From positions 2,048,001-2,112,000 of the forward strand of contig JAXHMG010000003.1 in the NCBI GenBank assembly GCA_034521595.1: a stretch of DNA of 64,000 nt, in the 5' to 3' direction. Position numbers and translations under genes: made by a program. The notes under the pieces are model-generated. The model had not been told where the DNA came from. It ran no database searches and was given only the letters and a program-made list of their open reading frames with translations. Numbering within the stretch: position 1 is the stretch's first letter; each line of letters begins with the position of its first letter. Origin of the DNA: Gemmatimonadota bacterium. GTDB lineage: Bacteria > Gemmatimonadota > Gemmatimonadetes > Longimicrobiales > Gaopeijiaceae. Below, in pieces: positions 39,433 through 48,946 of the stretch.

Positions 39433-41484
39433 ATGACCAATCGACTCGCCAAGGAATCGAGCCCCTACCTCCAACAGCACGCCGAGAATCCCGTGGACTG
39501 GTTCCCCTGGGGGAACGAAGCGTTCGCGCGGGCTCGGGAGCTGGACTGTCCGATCCTGCTTTCCGTCGGCTACTCCTCGTGCCACTGGTGCCACGTGATG
39601 GAGCACGAGTCGTTCGAGGACGAGGCGACCGCCGGACTCATGAACGAGTTGTTCGTGAGCATCAAGGTCGACCGGGAGGAGCGGCCGGACATCGACCAGA
39701 TCTACATCAAGGCGGTCCAGGCGATGACGGGCTCGGCGGGCTGGCCCCTCACCGTCTGGCTGACCCCGGACGGGGTGCCGTTCTACGGGGGAACGTATTT
39801 TCCGTCCGGGCGACGACACGGCATGCCCGCGTTCCGTGAAGTCCTGCAGGCGGTTTCGGACGCGTACCGGGATCGGAAGGACGACGTCCTGGAGACCGGT
39901 GGCCGTCTGGTGGACGCGCTGGCCCGAGCGGCCGAGCCCGGAACTCCCGGCGAAGCCGGCAGCGACCTGCTCGATGCCGCGTACCAAGGCCTCGCCGACC
40001 GGTACGACGAGACCCACGGCGGTTTTGGGAGCGCACCGAAGTTCCCCCAGCCCGTGACGCTGGAGATCGTCCTCCGGCATGCCGCCCGCACCGGCGACGA
40101 TCGAGCCCGAGCCATGCTGGTGCACACGCTCCGGGCGATGGCCGAGGGCGGCATGCGCGATCAGCTCGCGGGAGGGTTTCACCGGTACTCGGTGGACGAC
40201 CGTTGGCTCGTGCCCCACTTCGAGAAGATGCTGTACGACAACGCTCTGCTGGCGCGGCTGTACGTGGACGTCTTCCTGTTCACCGGGGAGGCGGACCTGC
40301 GCACGGTGGCCGAAGAGGTCTTCGACGACGTGCTGACCGACCTGCGCGCGCCGGAAGGCGGGTTCTACACGGCGCGGGACGCGGACTCCGAGGGAGAAGA
40401 AGGACGGTTCTACGTCTGGACGCCCGAGGAGCTCGAATCCGTGCTGGGACCGGACCGGGCGCGGGTATTCGGCAAGGTCTACGGCGTGACCCCCGGAGGA
40501 AACTTCGAAGGACGCTCCATCCTCCACCTGGCCCGCGACATCGGGAGTGTCGCGCGCGAGGAAGGCCTCACGGAAGACGAGCTCGGAAAGCGTCTCGCCG
40601 AAGATCGTGCCTGTCTGCTGGACGCCAGAGCGGCCCGCGAGGCACCGTTCCGGGACGAGAAGGTCATCACCTCGTGGAACGCCATGACGGTTCGGGCACT
40701 CGCCGAAGCCGGCGCAGCACTCGGCCGCCGGGACTACGTCGAAGCCGCCGAGAAGGCCACGCGGTTCATCGAAGACCGACTCTTCCACGACGGGCGCCTG
40801 TTGAGGGTGTTCAAGGACGGGGAGGCCAAGGTCCCGGGCTTTCTGGAGGATCATGCGGCCCTGGGCAACGCGGCGCTCTCGCTCCATGGAGCCACGCTGG
40901 ACCCGCGGTGGCTGGAGCGGGCGCGCTGGTGCTGCGAGGAGATACTCTCGCGCTTCGAGGACCCGGAGACGGAGCTCCTCTTCGACACGCCGAAAGACGG
41001 CGATGCGTTGGTCGTCCGCCCTCGTGACGCGACCGACGGCGCCACGCCTTCCGGCCCGTCCCTGGCCGCCGAGCTTCTCGTGCGGGCGGGACACGTCTTC
41101 GACGAGCCCCGCTACCGGGACGCGGCCGAGCGCACGTTCTCGGCCCAGGCAGGCGCGCTCGAGCGCTTCGGAGCGGCGTTCGGGCGCATGCTCTCGGCGC
41201 TCGACCGGGCGCGGGCGCAGCCGGTCGAGGTCGCGATCGTGGGAGATCCTTCGGACGACGAGACGCAGGCGCTCATCCGGGCGGCCCACGAGCGCTTCCT
41301 CCGCTCGCTCACGGTGGTGGGACGGCCACCCGAGGTGGAGGTGCCGGACGTCCCGTTGCTCGCCGACCGCGGTCTCGTGGACGGGCGCCCGGCCGCCTAT
41401 GTCTGTCGGGCCTTTGCGTGTTACCTACCGGTCACGGAAGGCGAGGAGGTCCGGAGAGAGATGGAGCGGGTGCTGGAGGGGTGA
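39433..41484 (+). CDS. YyaL/SSP411 thioredoxin-domain protein
   Basis: [52 protein letters not shown]. Confidence 0.95.
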   Translation: MTNRLAKESSPYLQQHAENPVDWFPWGNEAFARARELDCPILLSVGYSSCHWCHVMEHESFEDEATAGLMNELFVSIKVDREERPDIDQIYIKAVQAMTGSAGWPLTVWLTPDGVPFYGGTYFPSGRRHGMPAFREVLQAVSDAYRDRKDDVLETGGRLVDALARAAEPGTPGEAGSDLLDAAYQGLADRYDETHGGFGSAPKFPQPVTLEIVLRHAARTGDDRARAMLVHTLRAMAEGGMRDQLAGGFHRYSVDDRWLVPHFEKMLYDNALLARLYVDVFLFTGEADLRTVAEEVFDDVLTDLRAPEGGFYTARDADSEGEEGRFYVWTPEELESVLGPDRARVFGKVYGVTPGGNFEGRSILHLARDIGSVAREEGLTEDELGKRLAEDRACLLDARAAREAPFRDEKVITSWNAMTVRALAEAGAALGRRDYVEAAEKATRFIEDRLFHDGRLLRVFKDGEAKVPGFLEDHAALGNAALSLHGATLDPRWLERARWCCEEILSRFEDPETELLFDTPKDGDALVVRPRDATDGATPSGPSLAAELLVRAGHVFDEPRYRDAAERTFSAQAGALERFGAAFGRMLSALDRARAQPVEVAIVGDPSDDETQALIRAAHERFLRSLTVVGRPPEVEVPDVPLLADRGLVDGRPAAYVCRAFACYLPVTEGEEVRREMERVLEG

Positions 41485-41547
41485 GGCCAGCCGGTGGCCT
41501 TCGCATCGGCCCCGGCGGGCTCCTCCGGGCTCGGCGCCCCGCCCGGC

Positions 41548-42144
41548 TCAGCGGGGGTCCGGCCCCCTCATCATGTCACCCATCATCTGCGCACCCTGGG
41601 TATTGAGCCGCTCCCGCTGCTCCGGAGTCAGGACTTCACGGGCGTCGATCGCGGCCCGGGCCATGGCGGCATGGAACTGAACCATGACATTGGCCGCGGC
41701 CTGGAGGCTCTGCTGGTACGCGCCCAGGTCGGGAGCGTCGCCCTGCAGTGCCCGGGCAGCCTCTTCGTGCGACGCCATTGCCGCGTTCATGTGGGAGCCG
41801 GTCTCCTCCTGGAACGCTTCCTCGAGCTCCTGGAGGCGCGCGACCTGATCGTCCGAGAGCTCCAGGGCGTCGCGCATACGCAGTAGCGTCGTCGGTCCGG
41901 GCCCGCCCGTCGCCATCATCCCCATGCCCTGACCCATCATGGGCATCATACCCGAGCCCATCATCCCGTGACCCATCATGCCGCCCATCATCATGCCGTG
42001 AGCCATGCCCATCGACGGCGTGGAGTCGGACATCTGCCCTTGCATCCTCTGCATTCCACCCGCCTGTCCCGCGACCGCCGTAACCCCGAAGAGCGTAAGC
42101 GCCAACATGGCCGTGGTCGTCTTGGCCGTGGTCGTCTTGATCAT
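41548..42144 (-). CDS. Met-rich Spy/CpxP-like (LTxxQ) periplasmic protein
   Basis: Signal peptide, Met/Gly/His tract, LELSDDQ and VLTPEQR motifs; AAGGAGG RBS. Confidence 0.82.
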   Translation of the reverse strand: MIKTTTAKTTTAMLALTLFGVTAVAGQAGGMQRMQGQMSDSTPSMGMAHGMMMGGMMGHGMMGSGMMPMMGQGMGMMATGGPGPTTLLRMRDALELSDDQVARLQELEEAFQEETGSHMNAAMASHEEAARALQGDAPDLGAYQQSLQAAANVMVQFHAAMARAAIDAREVLTPEQRERLNTQGAQMMGDMMRGPDPR

Positions 42145-42190
42145 CGTCTCCTCCTTGGCCCTATCGGGCGGTCTCTTTCCAGTCATCTTC

Positions 42191-42245
42191 AATATGGTGC
42201 GGCGGCCCTGAACGGAGCATGAAACGCAAATGAAGGTCGGTTCAT
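42191..42245 (-). promoter_or_regulatory. OmpR/PhoB-type direct-repeat operator upstream of the spy-like gene
   Basis: Minus strand TTCAT-N6-TTCAT-N6-TTCAG (42234-42208), then CATATT -10 (42196-42191). Confidence 0.6.
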
Positions 42246-42317
42246 GGGCGTGGCAGCACGGCCGCGCCGCAGGCGACGGCGTCATCCACTGCCGATGGCG
42301 TCGGTGAAGATCCGCGC

Positions 42318-42442
42318 TCACTCCTCGCGTAGCGCGTTGCCCGGATGGATCGCGGCAGTTCGACGCCGTACAGGAGCGCGGACAGGGTCCGGGCACCGAG
42401 CTCCGCGAGGACCAGACCGGCCCCCACGCCCGCGAGCGCCGA
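42318..42442 (-). pseudogene. Relic of an ABC (MacB/ADOP) permease C-terminus
   Basis: ALAGVGAGLVLAELGARTLSALLYGVE, then a frame change into AAIHPGNALREE*. Confidence 0.7.
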
Positions 42443-42459
42443 ATCGAACTCCCGTCAAG

Positions 42460-42521
42460 CCCCGGAAACGCGGAGGCCCGACCGGGGCGTTCCGATCGGG
42501 CCTCCGCTACTCTCTCCGGGG
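42460..42521 (-). terminator. Hairpin downstream of the OM barrel gene
   Basis: 12-bp stem GCGGAGGCCCGA (42470-42481) / TCGGGCCTCCGC (42496-42507) plus outer CCCCGGA/TCCGGGG; short GTTT on the minus strand. Confidence 0.6.
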
Positions 42522-42576
42522 TAGCGCTACGCGTTGCCACCGTGCGCCGCGCGATCCACGGCGCAGTGCCCTCACC

Positions 42577-43089
42577 TCACAGTCGGAATCCGACGCTGAT
42601 CGGGAAGTAACGAGTCTTGCTGCCCTCGGTGTTCACCTGGACGACCCGGAACTCCGCGAACCCGCCGAAGCCGAGGGCTCCGATGTTCACGCCGAACCCG
42701 CCCTGGAAGCCGGGCTCGGTCACCGGGTCGATCGCTTCCTGGTCCGAATCCACGCGGTAGGTGCCGACGCCGACCAGAAAGTACGGAGTGATGCCGACGC
42801 CCTGGAGCGTGAGGACGGCGCTCAGCGCCCCGTTGAGCACGGTGTGCTTCGGCTGCCCTTCGAGCTGACCGAACGAGTGATACTCTCCCTCGAGCCGCCC
42901 CGAGAGGGGGAAAGCCGGTACCCCGAGCTGCAAGCCGACCCTGCCGTGGTAGCCCCCTTCGGCAACATCGCTGAAATCGCCCATCGGCGTGCTCAGGCCA
43001 CCTCCGGCCATGATCCGCGGAATCTGCGCCTCGGCAGCGGAAGGGAGCAGGAATGCCGCGAGCGCGGCCGTAAACACGAAACGTCGCAT
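42577..43089 (-). CDS. Small outer-membrane beta-barrel protein (OmpA-TM-like)
   Basis: Signal peptide AEA-Q; PYFLVGVG, terminal PISVGFRL. Confidence 0.82.
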   Translation of the reverse strand: MRRFVFTAALAAFLLPSAAEAQIPRIMAGGGLSTPMGDFSDVAEGGYHGRVGLQLGVPAFPLSGRLEGEYHSFGQLEGQPKHTVLNGALSAVLTLQGVGITPYFLVGVGTYRVDSDQEAIDPVTEPGFQGGFGVNIGALGFGGFAEFRVVQVNTEGSKTRYFPISVGFRL

Positions 43090-43190
43090 GATCTGGGTCC
43101 TCGGGATTGGATTGAAGGGGGGGCTTGCCAAAGCTGTCACCGACTGCGCGAAACCTGCAAGGATCTCGTCGGGCGGGGCCGCCTCGAAGC

Positions 43191-46100
43191 TCAGAAGCGC
43201 CAACCGGCGGAGAGGATGAGCGCAGTGTACCGATAGTCGCTGTCGCCGGTCGAGAAGCTCTGAAGGCCGGTGGAAGAGTAACCTCCCGAAAGGGCTACAT
43301 TTCGTCCGGGCGCGATATCGTAGGACACGCGCGTGGAAGCGCGCACCGTTCCGGCCGGATCACCCGAGTGGGTCACCTGCTGCATCCCCGGAGCGACTTC
43401 CAGCAACAGACCCCAGTCGCCGGCCCGTCCCAGCCACCGGCCGGTCAGCTCTCCGATGCCGTAGAAGTCCGGGTCGAAGTAGCCGTCCTGGAGGTCCTTG
43501 TCGTACGTGAAAGCCCGGGAAGCCACGCCGACGGCGAATCCCCCACCGAGCGTGCGCGACACGGACAGCGCGCCGTTCACCCGCCGATTCCGCTCCGATC
43601 CGTCGAACACGGCGTATCCGGCGCTACCGTTCAACCGCCACGTGGAACTCGGTCGCCAGCGGCCGGTGAGGGCTCCCTCGGACATCCGCACGCCCGCCGA
43701 AGCGAGCGCCGCGGTAGCGTCCAAAGCGGCGGTACGGATTCGGAACGTCAGCCCCAGCGGATAGCGACCCGGCGTGGACACCGACAACCTGCCCGACATC
43801 CGGCTGTCCGCGCCAGGCGCGTCGGTTCGCGAGCCCCCCGCCCCCGCCGAGAGCGTCCATCCCGGCTCGAGCGTGTACGAAGCCGACACGGTGAGGCCCA
43901 TGGACGACCGCTCGAGCTCGTTCTGACGCAACCCTTTCTCGTAGAGGTCGGCCCGAAGCCGCCATCGAGGGGACGCGTGCCACGTGGTCGCGACCGCGGC
44001 CGTGCGCATGCGATTCCCGTCCGAGTCGGACTCGAAGGAGAGATTCGGTGACGCGTCGGGCTCGAACGCGGCACGGAGCGAGCGGAGCTGCTCCCGCGCT
44101 TCGCCGTGCGTGGGGTCCACTTCCACGGCCCGCTCGAGCGCTTGGAGCGCGGCCGCGTTCCGGCCCTGCCACCGCAGGTTCTGCCCGAGCGCGACCCATG
44201 CTCCAGCGCCGTCGGCCTCCTCGACCGCCCGACGGAGCGTCTCCTCGCCTTCGACGAGCGCGCCTGCCCACCCGAGCGTGCGCCCCCGCCCGACGAGGGC
44301 CCCTCCATGGTCGGGCTCCCGCTCCAGCACGCGATCGTACTCGTCCACCGCTTCCTCCAGCCGGTCCGAGAACGCGAGCGCGCGAGCGCGACCCAGCCGC
44401 GCGTCCAGATCGGCGGGATCGGCGGCGAGCAGGGAGTCGTAAACCGCCACGGACGCGGTGAACTTCGAGGCCCAACCGAGCACCGTCGCCTGCTGTCGCC
44501 GGGCCTCCGTGTTGTCCGGGCTGATCGCCAGAAGCCGGTCGTAGGTCTCCAGAGACGCCTCGTACCGACCAGCCCATGCCTCGAACAGCGCTCGTGCCTC
44601 CAGTGCCCCTGGATGTCCCGGCTCCTCCTCCAACACGATGTCCAGCGCCGCCAGTGCGTCGTCCGTCTCCCCCGACCAGGCGAGGACGCGCGCTCGATCC
44701 ACTCGAGCGGCGAGGTTCTCCGGCGCGATCTCCAGCAGGCGGTCGAAACGGGTCAGCGCCTCCTCGTAGCGCTCCTCCCACGCGTGCATGAGCGCCGTGC
44801 GGTGCAGCGCGACCCCGTGCTCCGGATTCTCCTCGAGGAGGGCTTCGTACAGACGCATCGCCGTCTCCGTGTCGCCGGCGACCCATGCCTCGGCGGCCGC
44901 CTCGTCGAGGGTGTCGGGGGCGGCGGCCGCCGGCGGCGGCACGGCGGGGCCGGGCGTGTACGGCCGGAGCTCGGCGAAGACCTCCTTCATGGTTTCGTAC
45001 GCGGGGCGGGACCGTTCCACCCATTCCGGGCTCTCCCACGTGGGCCAGGAGAAGCGCGCCGTTTCACCCTCCCGGTCGGGGACCCGCAGGGTACGGCCGT
45101 TCCCGCGGACGGCCGCGACGATGCCGATGTCGTCGACCTGTTCGGTCCCGAGTGCCCCGAACACCGAATCCGGCCAGGCCGTCACGCCGTCCCGCAAGCT
45201 CCACCGTCCGTCGGGCCCGAGATACGCATCCCGGGCATTGGCGTCCCCCGGTCCCTGCAGCACGGTTCGGCTCGAAGGGTCGGTCACGTTGAGGAGCAGC
45301 CACGGAATCCGTACCTCGAGGGTGCTGCCGTCGGCGCTCCGCTCCCAGAAGCCGTCCGGCGCGGCTCCGGACGGGAGGATCCCGCGGTCGTACCCCGCCG
45401 CCAGGTACTCCGTGGAGTCGCGGGTGAAGCGTCTCCGGTTGACCACGACCCGCAACGAGTCGTAGCGCCCGTCGTCGTTGGGCTCGGTGTAGTACGGGAG
45501 GTTGAACCGCTGATCGACGCGGGCGTGGAACAGGCCCTCCGGTGGATTCTCGAAGGACACCCGCCGGCCGGTGAGCCCGGTGGCGCCCTGGCCGACCTCG
45601 GCCAGCCGGAACGGATTCGACGGCGGATCGGCCATCACCCGCACTTCGTCGCCCGTCGCCCTCAATACGAACTCCAGCCCGACCGGGAGGCGCTCGCCCA
45701 CCCGGCCCGGCCACCGGAAGTCGCCGGCTTCGGCATCGAAGACATCGAACCCGACCAGGGTCGTGTCCGAGGGGGCTCGGTCCGGGGTCTCCACCAAGAG
45801 CCAGAGGTATGCCGCGTCGTGGCTCGCGCGAACCGTGAGCTCCGGCGTGCGGTACAGAGGGTCGACGTCCTCCCAGGCTTCGCGTCGGTCGGGAAGACGC
45901 TGCCCCTCGAACGGTGGCGCCGCGTCAATGGCCCACAGGCCGTAGTGCTGCTCCGCGTCGAGCCGGTTGTACCACAGCCGGTTGCGGTCCTGCGGAAGCT
46001 CGAACTCGAGCGCGACCCAGTTCTGCTTGAACCATTCGTCGATCCACGCGAACAACACCCCCCCGGCCATCCCGGTCTCGGCGAGCTCGAGGGTGAGGCG

Positions 46101-47678
46101 GCGATCCACCTCGGCCATCTCCGCCTCGGTGAGCCCTCCGTGGTGCCATCCCTGCGGTTGGAGGTGTGCATTCCCGAGCGAAGCGGGCACCCCGTACTCG
46201 GAGATCACCAACGGCATACCACGGTGGTGCTCCTTGAGATCTCGAAGATACCCCGCGTATCGAGACGGCCCCATGGTGGAACGCGACTCGGCGTAACGTT
46301 CCGACAGGATCATGAAGTCCGGGTAGTAGGGGTACGCGTGGAACGACGCGAAATAGCCCGCCCGGAACCGGTTCGTGGGCCGGATCCGCGTCGCGTCCAA
46401 CGAGATGGCGTCGTTCTCGTATTCGCGGGGCCGCATGCCCGGATCCTCCCCGAAGGCCCGCCGGATCGCCATCTCTTCCTCCACGGTCGTCTCCGAGGGA
46501 TGGCTCAGGGGATCGAGGGTCGGCCAGTTCGTGTAGGCCACCGGACGCTGCGCCCGGTAGGTATCGGTTTCGTACGCGACGATCTCCTCGACCGCCTTGC
46601 CCATCCACGCGTCCATGGCGTTTCCACCCTCCACCCGGACGTAGCGGCCTTCGAACCCGGATCGCCCTCCCTGGATCGAGTCGTAGGCAAGCGCGCTGAA
46701 CGGCTCCCATTCCCGGCCGAGGATGTAGGCGAGCGTCCACGGGGCGACGTCCGCCGTGTAGTGGCCCCAGGCGTGGCCCGGCCGATACTCGATGCTCGCA
46801 CGACCGTGGAGCACGTCCACGACGCGGCGCATCTCCTCGAAGAACTCGCTCTCGAACGGTTCTCCGGAAAAATCGTGGTCGGGCGGCAACCCCGTCCATG
46901 CGCCGTGGATCAGCCAGAGTGCCCGCTCAGGGTTCGTCTCGTTCCAGTCGGAGAGGGCCTGGTAGAACGCCGGGGGGTGGATGGTATAGAGCCGCACCAC
47001 GTTGGCGTTCATCTCCGCCATCCCCTCGATCCAGCGCGCGTACGTGATCGAGTCGGGAAATTGGCTCGGGTAGCGACCCGGCAGAGCCGCGCCGAGGTTC
47101 ACTCCCTTGATGTAGAAGGGGCGCCAGCCCTCGGGCGTGAGCACCTCGAAGCGTTCGCCCGCCGTGCGGGCCCGCAGCTCCAAGCTATCGGGGAGGGACA
47201 ACGGCGGACGGTCCGGCGCGGGTCCGAGCGTCGGGCCACGGATCCGTTCGAGATACTCGAGCGCCGTCGGGTGCCCCTCGTCGACCGCCACCACCCGTTC
47301 GAACAGGTCCTCCGCGCGCTCCACCTCGCCCGTGCGCCACGCGGCCAAGCCCAGGCCGGTGAGCGCGTCCACGTTCTCCGGCTCCGCCTCGACCACCTCG
47401 GTCCACAGCTCGGCAGCCTCCTCGACGGCGCCTCCACGCAACAAGACGTAGCCGAGGCCGGTTCGCGCGTATAGATCGTCGCCGCACAGGCCGAGCGCTT
47501 CTTCGAACCGTGCGCGTGCGGCCTCCATGTCACCCGCACGGTAGGCCTCCCACCCCGCTTCGGCTTCCTGCGCCGACCCGGCGGGACACGCATCCTGCCC
47601 CGCGCTCGGCTCGGGCCATGCGAGGCACGAGGCGACGAGCAGCGAGAGCGCGCACCGTGAGCCACCCCACCTGTTCAT
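43191..47678 (-). CDS. Exported TPR - clan GH-A-like hydrolase - TPR - beta-barrel fusion (1495 aa)
   Basis: Signal peptide; TPRs; FYIKGVNLG..NANVVRLYT..GREWEP..HAYPYY..ISEYG..FAWIDEWFK; TPRs; GYFDP and terminal AGWRF. Confidence 0.75.
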   Translation of the reverse strand: MNRWGGSRCALSLLVASCLAWPEPSAGQDACPAGSAQEAEAGWEAYRAGDMEAARARFEEALGLCGDDLYARTGLGYVLLRGGAVEEAAELWTEVVEAEPENVDALTGLGLAAWRTGEVERAEDLFERVVAVDEGHPTALEYLERIRGPTLGPAPDRPPLSLPDSLELRARTAGERFEVLTPEGWRPFYIKGVNLGAALPGRYPSQFPDSITYARWIEGMAEMNANVVRLYTIHPPAFYQALSDWNETNPERALWLIHGAWTGLPPDHDFSGEPFESEFFEEMRRVVDVLHGRASIEYRPGHAWGHYTADVAPWTLAYILGREWEPFSALAYDSIQGGRSGFEGRYVRVEGGNAMDAWMGKAVEEIVAYETDTYRAQRPVAYTNWPTLDPLSHPSETTVEEEMAIRRAFGEDPGMRPREYENDAISLDATRIRPTNRFRAGYFASFHAYPYYPDFMILSERYAESRSTMGPSRYAGYLRDLKEHHRGMPLVISEYGVPASLGNAHLQPQGWHHGGLTEAEMAEVDRRLTLELAETGMAGGVLFAWIDEWFKQNWVALEFELPQDRNRLWYNRLDAEQHYGLWAIDAAPPFEGQRLPDRREAWEDVDPLYRTPELTVRASHDAAYLWLLVETPDRAPSDTTLVGFDVFDAEAGDFRWPGRVGERLPVGLEFVLRATGDEVRVMADPPSNPFRLAEVGQGATGLTGRRVSFENPPEGLFHARVDQRFNLPYYTEPNDDGRYDSLRVVVNRRRFTRDSTEYLAAGYDRGILPSGAAPDGFWERSADGSTLEVRIPWLLLNVTDPSSRTVLQGPGDANARDAYLGPDGRWSLRDGVTAWPDSVFGALGTEQVDDIGIVAAVRGNGRTLRVPDREGETARFSWPTWESPEWVERSRPAYETMKEVFAELRPYTPGPAVPPPAAAAPDTLDEAAAEAWVAGDTETAMRLYEALLEENPEHGVALHRTALMHAWEERYEEALTRFDRLLEIAPENLAARVDRARVLAWSGETDDALAALDIVLEEEPGHPGALEARALFEAWAGRYEASLETYDRLLAISPDNTEARRQQATVLGWASKFTASVAVYDSLLAADPADLDARLGRARALAFSDRLEEAVDEYDRVLEREPDHGGALVGRGRTLGWAGALVEGEETLRRAVEEADGAGAWVALGQNLRWQGRNAAALQALERAVEVDPTHGEAREQLRSLRAAFEPDASPNLSFESDSDGNRMRTAAVATTWHASPRWRLRADLYEKGLRQNELERSSMGLTVSASYTLEPGWTLSAGAGGSRTDAPGADSRMSGRLSVSTPGRYPLGLTFRIRTAALDATAALASAGVRMSEGALTGRWRPSSTWRLNGSAGYAVFDGSERNRRVNGALSVSRTLGGGFAVGVASRAFTYDKDLQDGYFDPDFYGIGELTGRWLGRAGDWGLLLEVAPGMQQVTHSGDPAGTVRASTRVSYDIAPGRNVALSGGYSSTGLQSFSTGDSDYRYTALILSAGWRF

Positions 47679-47761
47679 CGTGCTCTTTCCTCCTGGTGCT
47701 TTATCGGAAGCAAACGTGATTCCGGCGACGACGACGTGAGGCCCCCTCACCGAAGGCTCCG

Positions 47762-48943
47762 TCAAGCGACGGCCAGATCCGGCTCGACCCGCTCGGCCCA
47801 GGCCAGGAGCCCGCCCTCCAGGTTGACGACCGGGGCGAAGCCCCGCTCCACGAGCATCCCGGCCGCGCGGGCGCTCCTCTGACCGGACTTGCAGTACACG
47901 ATGATCGGGCGGTCGTCGGGAAGCTCGGCCACCCGCTCCTCGAGCTCACCCAGCGGCACCAGGCGGGCGCCCCGCTCGCCCAGGTTGCTCACCGCCCATT
48001 CCCAGGGCTCACGCACGTCGAGCAGAAACGGGGCCGGCTCGGAGGTGGAGGCTAGACGCTCGGCGAGCTCGGCGACAGTGATGCTTCCCGTCTCGGCCCC
48101 GACGCCGGCGGTCGCGCCAGGCTCTTCGCCCCCCGGAGCCGTTCCGCAAAACACCTCGTAGTCGATGAGCTCCGTCTGCGTCGGCTCGTCACCACAGACG
48201 GGGCAATCCGGGTTCCGCCGCAGCTCGACCTCCCGCCAACTCATGTCCAACGCGTCGAAGATCAGGAGGCGTCCGACGAGGGGACGCCCCACTCCGAGCA
48301 GGAGCTTCACGGTCTCCATCGCCTGGACGCTGCCGATGATCCCGGGCAAGACGCCCAGCACCCCACCTTCCGCGCAGTTCGGCACCAGGCCCGGAGGTGG
48401 TGGCTCACGGAACAGGCACCGGTAGCACGGCCCGTCCCCTGCCGCGAACACGGACGCCTGGCCCTCCCACCGGAAGATGGAGCCGTACACGTTCGGCTTG
48501 CCCAGGAGCACGCACGCGTCGTTCACCAGGTAGCGCGTGGGAAAGTTGTCCGTCCCGTCGACGATCACGTCGTAGGCGTCGAGGATGTCGAGCGCGTTCT
48601 CCGAGGTCAGCCGGGTCTCGTGCCGCTCCACGTCGACGTGCGGATTCACGTCGTGCAAGCGGTCCACGGCGCTGTCGAGCTTGGAGCGCCCCACGTCGGA
48701 GGTGCCGTGGAGGAGCTGCCGTTGGAGGTTGCTCTCGTCCACGGTATCGAAGTCCACCAGGCCGAGCGTCCCGACTCCGGCCGCCGCGAGATAGAGCGCC
48801 AGGGGCGAGCCCAGCCCCCCCGCGCCCACGCAGAGGACGCGGCCCTGCTTGAGCCGTGTCTGCCCCTCCACGCCCACCTCGGGCAGAGTGAGATGGCGCG
48901 CGTAGCGATACAGCTCACCGCGGCTGAAATCCGAAAGCGACAT
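47762..48943 (-). CDS. moeB: MoeB/MoeZ adenylyltransferase-rhodanese
   Basis: RYARH, GAGGLGSP, SNLQRQ, DGTDNF, CYRC, CPVC; rhodanese CKSGQRS. Confidence 0.94.
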   Translation of the reverse strand: MSLSDFSRGELYRYARHLTLPEVGVEGQTRLKQGRVLCVGAGGLGSPLALYLAAAGVGTLGLVDFDTVDESNLQRQLLHGTSDVGRSKLDSAVDRLHDVNPHVDVERHETRLTSENALDILDAYDVIVDGTDNFPTRYLVNDACVLLGKPNVYGSIFRWEGQASVFAAGDGPCYRCLFREPPPPGLVPNCAEGGVLGVLPGIIGSVQAMETVKLLLGVGRPLVGRLLIFDALDMSWREVELRRNPDCPVCGDEPTQTELIDYEVFCGTAPGGEEPGATAGVGAETGSITVAELAERLASTSEPAPFLLDVREPWEWAVSNLGERGARLVPLGELEERVAELPDDRPIIVYCKSGQRSARAAGMLVERGFAPVVNLEGGLLAWAERVEPDLAVA

Positions 48944-48946
48944 GCG

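Noticed and set aside
44106-47474. 1122-aa + strand ORF, and similar long ORFs at 15930-18548, 19887-22010, 32491-34755, 49409-51973, 61420-63927
   Set aside because: Antisense shadows of well-supported genes; stop-poor because of high-GC codon bias; no recognisable motifs.
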